From Promethearchaeota archaeon (GTDB lineage: Archaea > Asgardarchaeota > Hermodarchaeia > Hermodarchaeales > Hermodarchaeaceae), in assembly GCA_048938385.1 (NCBI GenBank), contig JBHLMG010000009.1, positions 1 through 64,000 of the forward strand: a stretch of 64,000 nt of DNA, written 5' to 3'. Below, one piece after another: positions 8,812-18,987 of the stretch (the stretch's first letter is position 1; each line of letters starts with the position of its first letter). Below the pieces are notes generated by a model, which worked only from the letters and a program-made list of their open reading frames with translations, was not told the origin of the DNA and made no database searches. The position numbers and the translations under genes are program-made.

Positions 8812-9945
8812 ATGAACCGTCATAAACGGATTATCACTAGACATCTATCTCGTTTCTTCTTACTCACTCTACTATGTGTTATTGTCTATGGGGGCGTTCC
8901 TCAAGTTCAACTCGTTAATGCTCACTCAGGATTAACCTCTCTTTGGGAATATTCCACGGCTCCCAATCAAGTGTCATTAGAATTTAACGGCACCGAGGCC
9001 TTCGTATATTTAGAGGCTCAATGCGATTTTGGGCCTCGCCCTCCTGGCTCGAGTAATCTTACCGCTTGCGGTGATTATATCATATCAATTCTGGAGGCTT
9101 ATGGGTGGCCGGTCCAAACGCAAACTTGGACCTACTTAGACACACCTCTACGAAATATCGTTGCAGGAGCCATAGCGCTACCAAGGTATGTACTACTCGC
9201 ACATTACGACACACGACCAATTGCTGAAATGGATCCAGATCCATTAAATCGGACCAGGCCTATTCTGGGTGCGAATGATGGCGCCAGTGGAGTCGCAACC
9301 CTTCTCGAACTCGCTGCTGTTCTTCCCCCCGAAGCCAAGAACTCTGTTGCTCTCCTTTTCGTTGACGCTGAAGATTCTGGCAATGTTAATGGCTGGGAAT
9401 GGATAGTTGGTTCTACTTACTATGTCAATGGGCTCAGCACGGTGCAGCGATTGAATATCCAAGCAGCGATTTTACTGGATATGATGGGTGATGCTGATCT
9501 ACAATTAAAACGGGAAGGGTATTCAACGCCTTCCTTAGCTAATGTTATCTGGCAGATTGCCACTGATCTCGTTTACGCAGATGTCTTCCTGAATGTATCT
9601 GGTTATAGCATACTTGATGATCATCATCCGTTCCTTGCTGTAGGTATTTCAGCTGTTGATATCATTGACTTTGACTATCCATACTGGCATACGCTAGCAG
9701 ATACCCCGGATAAATGCGCTCCTGAGTCTCTAGAAGCTGTTGGGCGTGTCGTTGAATCCTTCGTTGAACAGCAGCTAATAAACCCAACAATTTTCACTCC
9801 CACTCAACCATTGGTGATTCCTTATCTGGAGTTGTTACTGTTAGTTGTTGGATCTGCGATGATAGTAGGGTTGCTGATACTATTTATTTTCTGGCAAAAA
9901 AAACCAAAGAATGACTACCAAAAAATAGCTGGTTATTGTTGCTAA
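8812..9945 (+). CDS. M28-family peptidase / glutaminyl cyclase-like, membrane anchored
   Basis: AHYDTR, GANDGASG, DAED, LLDMMGD, DDHHPF, DFDYPYWHT; signal peptide and C-terminal TM; start reassigned to 8812. Confidence 0.85.
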   Translation: MNRHKRIITRHLSRFFLLTLLCVIVYGGVPQVQLVNAHSGLTSLWEYSTAPNQVSLEFNGTEAFVYLEAQCDFGPRPPGSSNLTACGDYIISILEAYGWPVQTQTWTYLDTPLRNIVAGAIALPRYVLLAHYDTRPIAEMDPDPLNRTRPILGANDGASGVATLLELAAVLPPEAKNSVALLFVDAEDSGNVNGWEWIVGSTYYVNGLSTVQRLNIQAAILLDMMGDADLQLKREGYSTPSLANVIWQIATDLVYADVFLNVSGYSILDDHHPFLAVGISAVDIIDFDYPYWHTLADTPDKCAPESLEAVGRVVESFVEQQLINPTIFTPTQPLVIPYLELLLLVVGSAMIVGLLILFIFWQKKPKNDYQKIAGYCC

Positions 9946-9967
9946 ACGATTTTCAACTTAAACCAAA

Positions 9968-9979
9968 CACTTTAAAGTG
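9968..9979 (+). promoter_or_regulatory. TATA box (TTTAAA) inside the perfect palindrome CACTTTAAAGTG upstream of alba
   Basis: Directly visible; about 110 nt upstream of the alba start. Confidence 0.5.
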
Positions 9980-9994
9980 CGATTTCAAGTAACG

Positions 9995-10074
9995 ATGCTA
10001 CCCACCTTATTGCTAGGAGGAGGCGTCTCGTCCCTTCTTGCAATGTGGTAAAACCCAACTGGTGAAACTAGCAT
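9995..10074 (+). ncRNA. Candidate structured 5' leader of alba
   Basis: About 19-bp interrupted hairpin at 10002-10048 with G-U pairs; ATGCTA (9995-10000) is complementary to TAGCAT (10069-10074). Confidence 0.45.
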
Positions 10075-10089
10075 ACATAAACATCAGTG

Positions 10090-10545
10090 ATGGAGGAAAC
10101 TCCCAAAATGTCTAAAGAAGCAGACTCCACTGAGGCTCCAGCAGCCGCAGAACCCAAAACCGAAGAAGCTAAGACCGAAGAAGCTAAGACCGAAGAACCC
10201 AAAGCGGAAAAGGCTCCTAAAGAGGCTAAGAAGAAGGCTGAGAAAAAAGCCGAAGCTCCTAAATCTCGACGCGATGAAAGCGTCGTGTTCGTGGGCAGTA
10301 AACCTCTCATGAGTTACATCACAGCCTGTGTAACACAATTGAACCGTAATCCTGAAGAACTGGTCATCAAAGCCCGTGGTCGAGCCATCAGCCGCGCGGT
10401 GGATGTTGCTGAAGTCCTTCGAAACCGGTTCATGCCCGATCTCGTAGTGAGAAACATCGACATCTCCACTGAACAAGTCAAAACCGCTGAGGGAAGTATA
10501 GCAAACGTCTCGGCAATGGAAATCACCTTGGTTCGCGGAACATAA
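10090..10545 (+). CDS. albA: DNA/RNA-binding protein Alba with an N-terminal E/K/A/P-rich extension of about 60 aa
   Basis: [36 protein letters not shown]. Confidence 0.95.
   Translation: MEETPKMSKEADSTEAPAAAEPKTEEAKTEEAKTEEPKAEKAPKEAKKKAEKKAEAPKSRRDESVVFVGSKPLMSYITACVTQLNRNPEELVIKARGRAISRAVDVAEVLRNRFMPDLVVRNIDISTEQVKTAEGSIANVSAMEITLVRGT
10156..10200 (+). repeat. 3 x 15-nt coding tandem repeat ([15 protein letters not shown])
   Basis: aaaaccgaagaagct aagaccgaagaagct aagaccgaagaaccc. Confidence 0.85.
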
Positions 10546-10744
10546 TATGGCCTAGTGCTATCTCCGAACAACTGAATCGTCAAGCGATCGAATATCGCTC
10601 TAATCTGTCTAGCCGGCTTACGAAAACGCCTAATAGCTCTTGGGGCAGGCGCGTTCATCTCCCTCTTCTTTAGCCGGATTAAAGTAGCGGATAGTATTAT
10701 TATCTAACAATTATCTGATACGCACGATTTTCGAGGTGTTCTAA

Positions 10745-11737
10745 ATGGAACCACGACAACATGGAATGGTACCAACGGTAGTGCAAATCCTAGCCATTGG
10801 TGATGCCAACGCTGAACTCGTCTTCTCTTCTCTTCAAACTTTGCCTCCTTTTGGTCGTGAGGTTGTTGTACCCCAAATGGCTCTGCGTGCAGCAGGATCA
10901 GCGACGAATTTTGCATTATGTGCAGCTCATTTAGGTGTAAAAACAGGGTTTGCAGGACGCCTAGCAGTGGATGAATTTGGAGAAGTAGTGCTTAAAGCGC
11001 TTCGAACTGCAAATGTCGATACCACATGCCTTCGTCTTGTTGAAGACGCAGAAACTGGAATGACCATTTCCATAGTGCGTAACGATGGTGAACGGGCGCT
11101 TATCACCTTTCAAGGGGCCACTGCGCAATTGCAATTTAAGGAACTCGAAAAATGCCTAAAGTCGGTTCCACCACCAAGATGGGTTCATTTAGCTGGGTAT
11201 CATTTACTCGATTCACTTCGCGGACAACCAGCGGCTTCGCTTTTAAAACTTGCCCGCTCTCGCGGTGCAACGACATCGTTGGATACTGGATGGGACCCTA
11301 AGGGTTGGACTGATGAAACTGTGACGACACTGTTAGACACGCTACGGTTTGTGGATGTGTTCTTTCCCAATGCTAGTGAATTGAAAGCGCTGACAGGTGA
11401 TCGGAGTCCTCGAAAAGGAGCTGAGAAACTAATCGAAGCTGGTACAGCTGCGTTAGTTGTAAAACTAGGAAACAAGGGTTGTCTGCTTGTGACCAAACGC
11501 GATGTACATTCGATTCCGGCGTTCGAAGTTCGTGTCACTGATACTACAGCGGCAGGAGATGCCTTTGATGGCGGCTTCGCCGTAAGCATGCTCTCAGGCG
11601 CTACGATGGGTCGGGCGGCGGTGTTCGCAAATGCAGTAGCTGCCCTCCGAATATCTCGTGGCCCTGACCAGCCTCTCTTTCCGACCCTGCAAGAAACAAC
11701 TGCCTTCCTGATGCGCCGTCGACCCTTAGAGGTTTGA
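10745..11737 (+). CDS. PfkB/ribokinase-family carbohydrate kinase
   Basis: AGSATNFA, FPNASE, VVKLGNKG, DTTAAGDAF. Confidence 0.9.
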   Translation: MEPRQHGMVPTVVQILAIGDANAELVFSSLQTLPPFGREVVVPQMALRAAGSATNFALCAAHLGVKTGFAGRLAVDEFGEVVLKALRTANVDTTCLRLVEDAETGMTISIVRNDGERALITFQGATAQLQFKELEKCLKSVPPPRWVHLAGYHLLDSLRGQPAASLLKLARSRGATTSLDTGWDPKGWTDETVTTLLDTLRFVDVFFPNASELKALTGDRSPRKGAEKLIEAGTAALVVKLGNKGCLLVTKRDVHSIPAFEVRVTDTTAAGDAFDGGFAVSMLSGATMGRAAVFANAVAALRISRGPDQPLFPTLQETTAFLMRRRPLEV

Positions 11738-13285
11738 AAACACGCACTTTCCACCCACAAAGGTTTCTAACACTTTCACATCTTTGAGTCGCTCAGGTTT
11801 AATGTTGAAGGGATTTTCCGATACAACGATAAAATCAGCGAGCATTCCTGAAGCAAGAATGCCTTTCTTGCTTTCTTCAAAGCTGGCATAAGCTGCGTCT
11901 GCTGTATAAAGGCGAATGGCTTCTTCGACTGTTATACGGGTCGCAGGGTTAGGGTGGGTCACCGCTGAATAAATACCATAGAAGGGATTCATTGGCATAC
12001 AATCTGAACCGAAAGCAGTAGGAATGCCCGCATCAAGAATTAACCGGAAATTGTTCAATTGCTGAGCTAGCTCAGAACCCAGACGAATATCATACATTCC
12101 GCCTGGTAAGCCCCAGCGATGGGCGAAATTCGGTTGTAAGAGTAACAGCATTCCTAATGCCTTTACTCGTTCTAGTTGTGAAGGCGTGATAAGTTCAGCA
12201 TGAATAATATTATGTCGGAGCTCTTTGACCATTTTGGAGGTACTCACCTTCTCATGGCTTCGAAGTACCAGTTCAATGGCTCGGTCCCCAATAGCGTGAG
12301 TACTTACCTGCAAACCTAACTGATTGGCTATGTGTAAAAGGAATTCATAATCTGTGTCGGTTAATAGTAACAAACCTTTGGATTCGGGCTTATCCTTGTA
12401 GAACTGTGAAATCGCGGCTGTTTGAGCACCCAATGATCCATCTATGAAAACTTTAACCCCTCCAAATCGGAAATATTCATCACCTAGCCCTGAAGACAAA
12501 CCAAGGCCTGCAAGCAGATCGAGGAGTGTCCTTTCGAGATTCATGTATACTCTGACGGTAAGTTGTCCTTTGCGATGTAGTTTCAGATATTCTTTGAAAA
12601 AGGGTAGATGGCGTTGATAGAGGTTTTCATGCACTGAGGTTACTCCTACGCTGTTAGCGTAGCGGCAGGCTGCCAAAAGGACTTGAGATAAATCTTCTTC
12701 GTCTGAAGTAAATTGCTGGGTGTTAATTGGGATGTCTCGAAGCACACCAGTAGGTTCGTTAGTTTGTTGATCACGATCTATTCCGGGGTCGTTCTCATCG
12801 AGTATAAGCTGGTCAAGAGCGGTTGAGTTTACGGTAACAAGGTGTCCACAGACTCGGATTAAAACAACTGGGTTCTTGGGTGCAATGGGATCTAAGTCGG
12901 CTTTGGTTAGGTAGCGTGGGGTTTTCCAAGTACTTTCATCCCAGTTATAGCCGAGGATGAGTTTGTTAGGTTCAGAACCTTGAACTCGTTCTTTCACTAA
13001 GGCAATCGCCTCGTCTGCAGAGGATACATCACCTAGGTCAAGGTGTAAGAGCTTCCGACCTAATCCAACTAGGTGGGCGTGAGTGTCAATGAATCCAGGC
13101 AGGACAATTCGGCCTTTAAAGTTCAAGACCTTTGAGGCCAAATCGTAGAAAGGTTCTAACTCTGAGTTAGTTCCAATGGCAAGAATTCGCTCGTTACTGA
13201 TTGCCATCGCTTCTGCATGTGGGAGTGCAGAGTTCATTGTAAGGATGTCTGCATTATGAATGACCAGATCAAGCGAGAATGGCAT
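11726..13285 (-). CDS. Amidohydrolase 3 family (YtcJ-like)
   Basis: PGFIDTHAH, KVFIDGSLGAQTA, HAIGDRA, FGSDCMP, GMLADF. Confidence 0.9.
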   Translation of the reverse strand: MPFSLDLVIHNADILTMNSALPHAEAMAISNERILAIGTNSELEPFYDLASKVLNFKGRIVLPGFIDTHAHLVGLGRKLLHLDLGDVSSADEAIALVKERVQGSEPNKLILGYNWDESTWKTPRYLTKADLDPIAPKNPVVLIRVCGHLVTVNSTALDQLILDENDPGIDRDQQTNEPTGVLRDIPINTQQFTSDEEDLSQVLLAACRYANSVGVTSVHENLYQRHLPFFKEYLKLHRKGQLTVRVYMNLERTLLDLLAGLGLSSGLGDEYFRFGGVKVFIDGSLGAQTAAISQFYKDKPESKGLLLLTDTDYEFLLHIANQLGLQVSTHAIGDRAIELVLRSHEKVSTSKMVKELRHNIIHAELITPSQLERVKALGMLLLLQPNFAHRWGLPGGMYDIRLGSELAQQLNNFRLILDAGIPTAFGSDCMPMNPFYGIYSAVTHPNPATRITVEEAIRLYTADAAYASFEESKKGILASGMLADFIVVSENPFNIKPERLKDVKVLETFVGGKCVFSNL

Positions 13286-13431
13286 ACGACTTGTGACTCC
13301 TTGAACGATTTCTATTCGCCCTATATCTATTAATTCCCTTAGCTTAGTAGGTGTTCTTGGAGAACTACTGACACTAGAAGATTAAATACTACCTAACATC
13401 GTTAGGAAACTACTCGGAGGTTTTTCAGAGA

Positions 13432-13839
13432 ATGGCAAAAAAAACAGCACGAAACGCAATCATTGTAGTGATTGTCATCGTTGTGATCAGTACAGGAATC
13501 TATCTTGGATTGGCATACCCATTCCCCGTGTATTCACAACCAGTAGAACTTACAGGTATCCTCTCTGAGACAGATTTCGATGTCAACATCGGATGGCCCA
13601 ACACTCAAATGCGAATCCAAATTACTCTAACCTCTGTGAGTGCAATCTGGGGCTATGAAGTTCGTGACTCGACAGACACTTATATTATTGGAAATGCGAG
13701 TATCAGCACTTCTACAACGACAATAACTTCGCCTTGGTTTGATGCTTCGGGAATCTATACAATTACTGTTGTCTGTATTGGATCGCTTGAAGGCACCGTA
13801 ACGATATACGCCCGAGGAACTCCTTTCATCACTGCCTAA
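13432..13839 (+). CDS. Hypothetical membrane-anchored beta-rich protein
   Basis: GGAGG RBS; N-terminal KK plus hydrophobic helix; Thr/Ser-rich beta domain. Confidence 0.65.
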   Translation: MAKKTARNAIIVVIVIVVISTGIYLGLAYPFPVYSQPVELTGILSETDFDVNIGWPNTQMRIQITLTSVSAIWGYEVRDSTDTYIIGNASISTSTTTITSPWFDASGIYTITVVCIGSLEGTVTIYARGTPFITA

Positions 13840-13994
13840 TAGCTTCTCAAAATTTCGCACCTATTGAAATCGTATGTCCACGGAGGTACTCCATAAGTGG
13901 GGTGGAACTTCTAAGGTAATACTTTGCCATCTTCGGCAATCTTATATTACAAACAGAACCAAGACGGCGTATTCAGATTCTATTCGAGGAGGCT

Positions 13995-15932
13995 TTGACT
14001 ATGCCCCAATCCGATTACACACTGCGCAAACACCCCGCTCGGACACAACGCGCCCTCTTATTGACTTCTACACTTATCTGCTTGTTCATAATCAGCAGCT
14101 CTCTCACTATTCAAACTACTCAGGCCCTACCCTTACAGCCCTTTATCGATACCTTCGAAATCAATGGTCCCATGATTAACGAAGTGGTATTTAGTGTCTA
14201 CCATGGTGGAGAAGCCCAATGGGCGGCGATGGTTGATGGCCTCATTGATATTGGCAATGCCCCAATCTCCCCGGAAGTGCGCTCAGAAATCGGGATAAAC
14301 GAATGGGAAGTAGATGCCTTTTGGGGAATTGCCTGCAGCACTCACGATGATCCGTTCTTCATTGAAGAGCCTGAAGGACCCCCTGGCGTGACAGGGTTTC
14401 CTTTCAATTATGTTGCTCTACGTCGCGCAGTCGCTATGGCCCTCGACAAGTATTCTATAGCCCAAAACAGCTTTGGTGAAGCAGGCGTCGCATTGGACCA
14501 CATTATTCCCGCATCCTTCACTGCGTGGCATGAACCCAATCTCCCCAGAGATTACCGAAGCGGAAATATTGCTGGCGCAATTGACATTTTAGAAGAAGCC
14601 GGCTTCATTGACTTCAACATGGATGGGTATCGAGATGCACCCAACGCTACTGAGGTCACCTTAAGCCTCTATTATACTCCTATAGAACTTGCTTCTAAGG
14701 CGGCTCAACATTCAAAAATCGCGACCAATACAACGAGGCTAGCTGAAACTATTGGGACCACCATGGAAGCGCTCGGTTTCCGCATTGAACTCTTCCCGGT
14801 CTCTGAACAGACCCTTTGGTTGTATACTCACATCGGATTCCGCTCCTATCAAATGGCTCTCCTTCCTATCGAAGTACCTGAACGCGCTCCAAAGCTTCTT
14901 GAAGACTTATTCTACTCCTTCAACATCCCTACATCCAATATCATGAACTTTCACAACACCACAGTAGATACCATCATTGAAACCATGAACTCTACCTATG
15001 ATTTTGGTGACTATCAAGATCTTCTCAGTGAACTACAAGTTGCCATTGCACAAAACCAACCCCTCATTCCCCTTTGTACCAAGTACCAATACACGGCTCA
15101 GCGTATAGACCGCTTTGAAAGTTGGTTCAACCAACCGGGAATAGGGACTGCAAATACATGGTCGCTCCTCCAAGCAAAACTACGCACTGGACAACCTGAT
15201 CAACATCCGATTTCAGGCGTTGGAGGAGTTTTACAGTTCGGCCTTCACAATGTGCCTGACTCGCTCAATCCGGTCCTAGCTACTTTGGATGAAAGTTTCC
15301 TTGTCCTCAACTCTATCTATAGCCATCTCGTCCGGATGGATCCAAATACTGGTGAAGCCATTCCTGATTTAGCACGAAGCTGGAATATCGAGCCTGAAGG
15401 AAGTGGTCTTCAAATAACCTTCAACCTACAAAATAACGCTACTTGGCATGATGGGGAACCCTTCACTTCCACCGATGTGAACTTCACTTATGACTACATC
15501 AATAATCTGCCAGGTCCATGGCCTTATCCGCGACCGAAACCCAGTACAGTAGTTACCAGCGTCGATGTGATCAATAACATCACCATTGTGGTTCACACGC
15601 CCTTAAACGGCTACTTTGCTCTCTTCGATGTCGCTTCTACTCTAATCCTTCCCCAACACCTTTGGGAAGGAATGTTACAACCAGCTTTCTTTGAAAATCC
15701 GCGACCCGTGGGTACAGGCCCTTTCCGTTTTGATAAACAACCCGAACCTGGCCTTGTCTACTTGGAATACTTCCCTGAATACCATTATGGACTCCCAGGC
15801 TCACGAGAGATGCCCACCTTCGTAGATGTCTCGCTTCTCATCTGGCTAGGTGGAGGGATTTTCATCATCGTAATCACAGGGTTAGGGGCTCTCTGGTTCC
15901 TCCGACGAAGACCGCACGGATTTGTTAGTTAA
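13995..15932 (+). CDS. ABC-type family 5 (peptide/nickel) substrate-binding protein with permuted domain order and C-terminal TM anchor
   Basis: PFNYVALRRAVAMALD, PDSLNP, IPDLARSW, WHDGEPFTSTDVNFT, PVGTGPF. Confidence 0.85.
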   Translation: MTMPQSDYTLRKHPARTQRALLLTSTLICLFIISSSLTIQTTQALPLQPFIDTFEINGPMINEVVFSVYHGGEAQWAAMVDGLIDIGNAPISPEVRSEIGINEWEVDAFWGIACSTHDDPFFIEEPEGPPGVTGFPFNYVALRRAVAMALDKYSIAQNSFGEAGVALDHIIPASFTAWHEPNLPRDYRSGNIAGAIDILEEAGFIDFNMDGYRDAPNATEVTLSLYYTPIELASKAAQHSKIATNTTRLAETIGTTMEALGFRIELFPVSEQTLWLYTHIGFRSYQMALLPIEVPERAPKLLEDLFYSFNIPTSNIMNFHNTTVDTIIETMNSTYDFGDYQDLLSELQVAIAQNQPLIPLCTKYQYTAQRIDRFESWFNQPGIGTANTWSLLQAKLRTGQPDQHPISGVGGVLQFGLHNVPDSLNPVLATLDESFLVLNSIYSHLVRMDPNTGEAIPDLARSWNIEPEGSGLQITFNLQNNATWHDGEPFTSTDVNFTYDYINNLPGPWPYPRPKPSTVVTSVDVINNITIVVHTPLNGYFALFDVASTLILPQHLWEGMLQPAFFENPRPVGTGPFRFDKQPEPGLVYLEYFPEYHYGLPGSREMPTFVDVSLLIWLGGGIFIIVITGLGALWFLRRRPHGFVS

Positions 15933-16735
15933 GCAAAACGCCTAATGGTCGTATCCGTGACCTGTTGTAAAAAAGCTGCAAGAGCTACACCAAATGCCTT
16001 TGGCTGCTCTAGCATTACATTATGACCACTCCTAGGAATTGACACGAACTGGCCCTGTGGCAGATCTTCAAGCATCTGAGTCACGGTCTTGGTATCGACG
16101 GTAGTTTCAAATTCTCCATTAATGATGAGGGTGGGGACCGTAATTTCTGTAAGCCGATTCTGTACATTAAACGCTTTTACGGCTTTGAGAGTTTGACGCA
16201 CGACGAAGGTGGGAGTCCGGAGCGAATCCTGATTCACCCAATCTATAAGAGACGGGTCCACATCTGGCCCGAAAATCTGAGTTCGTGTATACTTAGAGGC
16301 ACGAGTTCGTGACATGCGAATCATCCAGCTAAGTAGAGACATTTGGATGCTCCTCTTCAGGGAAGAAACAGGACGCGGATTTGTGCCTACCAAAACCAAT
16401 GCCCTTGGTAACTCGATGTTTTCAAGAGTGTATTGAAGAGCAATTATGCCTCCTAAAGAATGTCCAATCAACACCGGGTTGTTAATCTTCTCACATTTAA
16501 GAAGGGTTTTCAGGTCCTCAACATGATCAGACACTTGGTACCCTGTCTTGGGCTTATCAGAATCTCCATGTCCACGTAAATCATAAGCCAAAACCCGATA
16601 TGATGCTCGAAATTGTTGGATTTGGTGCTTCCAGAATCGTTGAGATGCCGCCCATCCATGGATGAAAACGAGGGGCGGACCATCCCCTACAATGTTTACA
16701 TTTAATTTAGTTCCCGAATCTGCTAGGCTACTCAT
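15929..16735 (-). CDS. Alpha/beta hydrolase
   Basis: FIHGW, DLRGHGDS, GHSLGG nucleophile elbow, GHNVMLE. Confidence 0.9.
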   Translation of the reverse strand: MSSLADSGTKLNVNIVGDGPPLVFIHGWAASQRFWKHQIQQFRASYRVLAYDLRGHGDSDKPKTGYQVSDHVEDLKTLLKCEKINNPVLIGHSLGGIIALQYTLENIELPRALVLVGTNPRPVSSLKRSIQMSLLSWMIRMSRTRASKYTRTQIFGPDVDPSLIDWVNQDSLRTPTFVVRQTLKAVKAFNVQNRLTEITVPTLIINGEFETTVDTKTVTQMLEDLPQGQFVSIPRSGHNVMLEQPKAFGVALAAFLQQVTDTTIRRFA

Positions 16736-16849
16736 TTTCGTCACCAATGATTGCAACAAGACAGTCTCATTCTAGAGTCTCTTCCAAAGAATTTTTCTTC
16801 ATTCGAATTATCATCTTGATTTATGATGTTTTGAGATGGTGGTCTGTTT

Positions 16850-17401
16850 TTGGAAGAATCCACTCCTTGGGTTGTGATCGTTTGTGGTGAAGCGGAAGGA
16901 CAAAAGGTTCGCGTAGCCCTTGACTTTCAAGATGCCCAGTCCGTTCTTGGACCTCGTCGCTTCATTGTAGGTGATGCCTTCATTCATCAACTCCTTGAAT
17001 TATTTCAAGCGCGTGATGATTGGGTAATTAAAACAGTAATTGATGAAGTGAGAACGCCACAGAATACAATTGTTCCAAGTACAGTGCAGCTCTTCGCCCT
17101 TTTAAGCAAGAGTTACCCCCGAGGACTCTCCGCTGGAGTATTATTTATTGAAGAAGATGCGTTCCTCGAAGGAGAGGAGGGTAGTCTAGAAAACGTCAAA
17201 CCTCGCGATGGTTTTTTCGATTCCTTAAAACGTTACCTTGTTCTTGGCCTTTCGCCCATGGGATTTGTAGCGGCTTGTGCTGAAGATACCCGGCTCTTCA
17301 CCCGATTTATTTCCCGCCTTCTCAAACGCCCTGACGCCTTCACCGAAGTTTCTCTCCTTCTCCCTCAAGAAGCCCTTCTCCCCTCTACAAATAACGGATG
17401 A
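16850..17401 (+). CDS. Hypothetical protein
   Basis: 183-aa ORF filling a gap between genes; no recognised motif. Confidence 0.55.
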   Translation: MEESTPWVVIVCGEAEGQKVRVALDFQDAQSVLGPRRFIVGDAFIHQLLELFQARDDWVIKTVIDEVRTPQNTIVPSTVQLFALLSKSYPRGLSAGVLFIEEDAFLEGEEGSLENVKPRDGFFDSLKRYLVLGLSPMGFVAACAEDTRLFTRFISRLLKRPDAFTEVSLLLPQEALLPSTNNG

Positions 17402-17531
17402 TCCCGTGAAGAAAAGGGTGGATCATTGGTTTTTACAGGCTTGAATTATCGTTCGAGAATCCTTTGATTATCGACTGAACTTCTCTGTATTTTCTTACTC
17501 TAACTGTGCGCGTAGGTGAGGATACTTCTAT

Positions 17532-18128
17532 TTACACTTCGGTAGTGTCCTTCACACGGGCTACTAATCGTCCAGCGTAGCGATTTATCCAGGATGTGAG
17601 AATTTGCATGACGAAGGTAACGATTATCGCGCCAATCGCGAAAAAGACCACAATCATTCCTATTTCATAAAATAGAATTCCATTCACGCTCAGGGATATA
17701 AGAAAATCGTTACCCCAAGGTTGAAGGATGTACTTCCACAGAAGGTAGTACCCATAAATGCCAGCTACTAATACAAACAACACCGCTACGGCAAATAGTG
17801 TGAGAATCGTCTTTGAAGCTGGGTTATCTGCATCCACATCACCGACGCCTTTTCCAAGAATAAAGCGTTCAACTCGCCTATGAAACCGCAGAAAGAGTCC
17901 TAGTAACCAAATGAATAGGAGGAAGGCAAGGCCGCTCCCTATCAACAGTACGAAGATAAATAAATCTTGAATCGCGACGATATATCCCCAAATTCCTGTG
18001 AGCATGAGGAAGAAAACTAGGGCGGCACCAAAGAGAATGAGGATTGAGATCAGTTGCACACCAAAGGTTGTAGAGGCAATGCCCCTAAATACACGGTCCC
18101 AATCAAATTTTTTTGCATCCGCTGTCAT
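17532..18128 (-). CDS. Hypothetical 4-TM membrane protein
   Basis: Four hydrophobic helices arranged as two hairpins. Confidence 0.7.
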   Translation of the reverse strand: MTADAKKFDWDRVFRGIASTTFGVQLISILILFGAALVFFLMLTGIWGYIVAIQDLFIFVLLIGSGLAFLLFIWLLGLFLRFHRRVERFILGKGVGDVDADNPASKTILTLFAVAVLFVLVAGIYGYYLLWKYILQPWGNDFLISLSVNGILFYEIGMIVVFFAIGAIIVTFVMQILTSWINRYAGRLVARVKDTTEV

Positions 18129-18285
18129 GATTAACCATCCTTATTGAAAAATTATTGTACTACCTACAGGGTCTTGGTCGAAAAAGCTTTGCTTCTGTTA
18201 GATTCTGTCTGCTAGATTATTAATTACATAATCTAATCAGGCTATGGCGTATGAATCTGAAATCCCGTTGAAGGTTGGAATTATG

Positions 18286-18843
18286 TTAAATTTCCCTTTC
18301 CAGTTCTTCCACCATTTCCTTGTATCGTCGGTGGACATCTTTACCGCCAAGGATTTTATCAAAGCGCTCGAAATCTTTTTTCATCTTTTCTTTTTCTCCT
18401 TGGCTTAGCACATCAACCATAGCTGGAAAGACTTCATCTTCTTCTCTTTGAAAGTGAGGTTGCATAATTTCAAGATATTCTTTTACGGATTTTAGAATAT
18501 TCGTTCTGGCTTCTGGGGTCCCGCGGTGGTAAGCGCGAATTCCCTTGTGCATTTCATTTGCTAGGTCAAGAGCTGTGATGTGTTCCTCGATTAAGACAGC
18601 AATATCGTCTTGGACATCATCGGGGAGGTCGGTATCATGTTCACGCATCTGTTCGAAGAGAATATCTTCTTCCTTGCTGTGATGAATGACATCAGCATAA
18701 CCACGAACAAACTCCACGATTTTCCAAAAAACAGTGGCTGGGACTTCCTTTTCATCTTCGAGTTTATCACGCACTTTTTCGATAATGGAAAAGACACGTT
18801 CGACGAGTTTGTGTTCATCAAGTAAAATGTCGATTGGGTACAT
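18286..18843 (-). CDS. Hemerythrin (HHE cation-binding) domain protein
   Basis: LLDEH, HHSKEEDILF, LIEEH, HFQREEDEVFP; start reassigned to 18843. Confidence 0.85.
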   Translation of the reverse strand: MYPIDILLDEHKLVERVFSIIEKVRDKLEDEKEVPATVFWKIVEFVRGYADVIHHSKEEDILFEQMREHDTDLPDDVQDDIAVLIEEHITALDLANEMHKGIRAYHRGTPEARTNILKSVKEYLEIMQPHFQREEDEVFPAMVDVLSQGEKEKMKKDFERFDKILGGKDVHRRYKEMVEELEREI

Positions 18844-18987
18844 GTGAGGATTCCTCCGTGTCCAGAGTGTACCTCCCTTGTTACCATCCTCTTCAAAAAA
18901 CTTGCCTTCTACCAAAAGCATACCATTTTTAGTGTAAAACACACCTTCGGAGCCAATCAATTATTCTCAAAACCTCAAATTTGGCAG

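Noticed and set aside
8665-8844. Apparent head-to-head overlap of the PDCD5-like and M28 ORFs (similar cases at 18844-18960 and 26146-26307)
   Set aside because: These come from longest-ORF start choice; downstream ATG starts remove the overlaps.
16850-17401. Possible longin/uDENN-like fold suggested by the N-terminal beta-hairpin
   Set aside because: Similarity is too weak to support by eye; it needs a profile or structure search.
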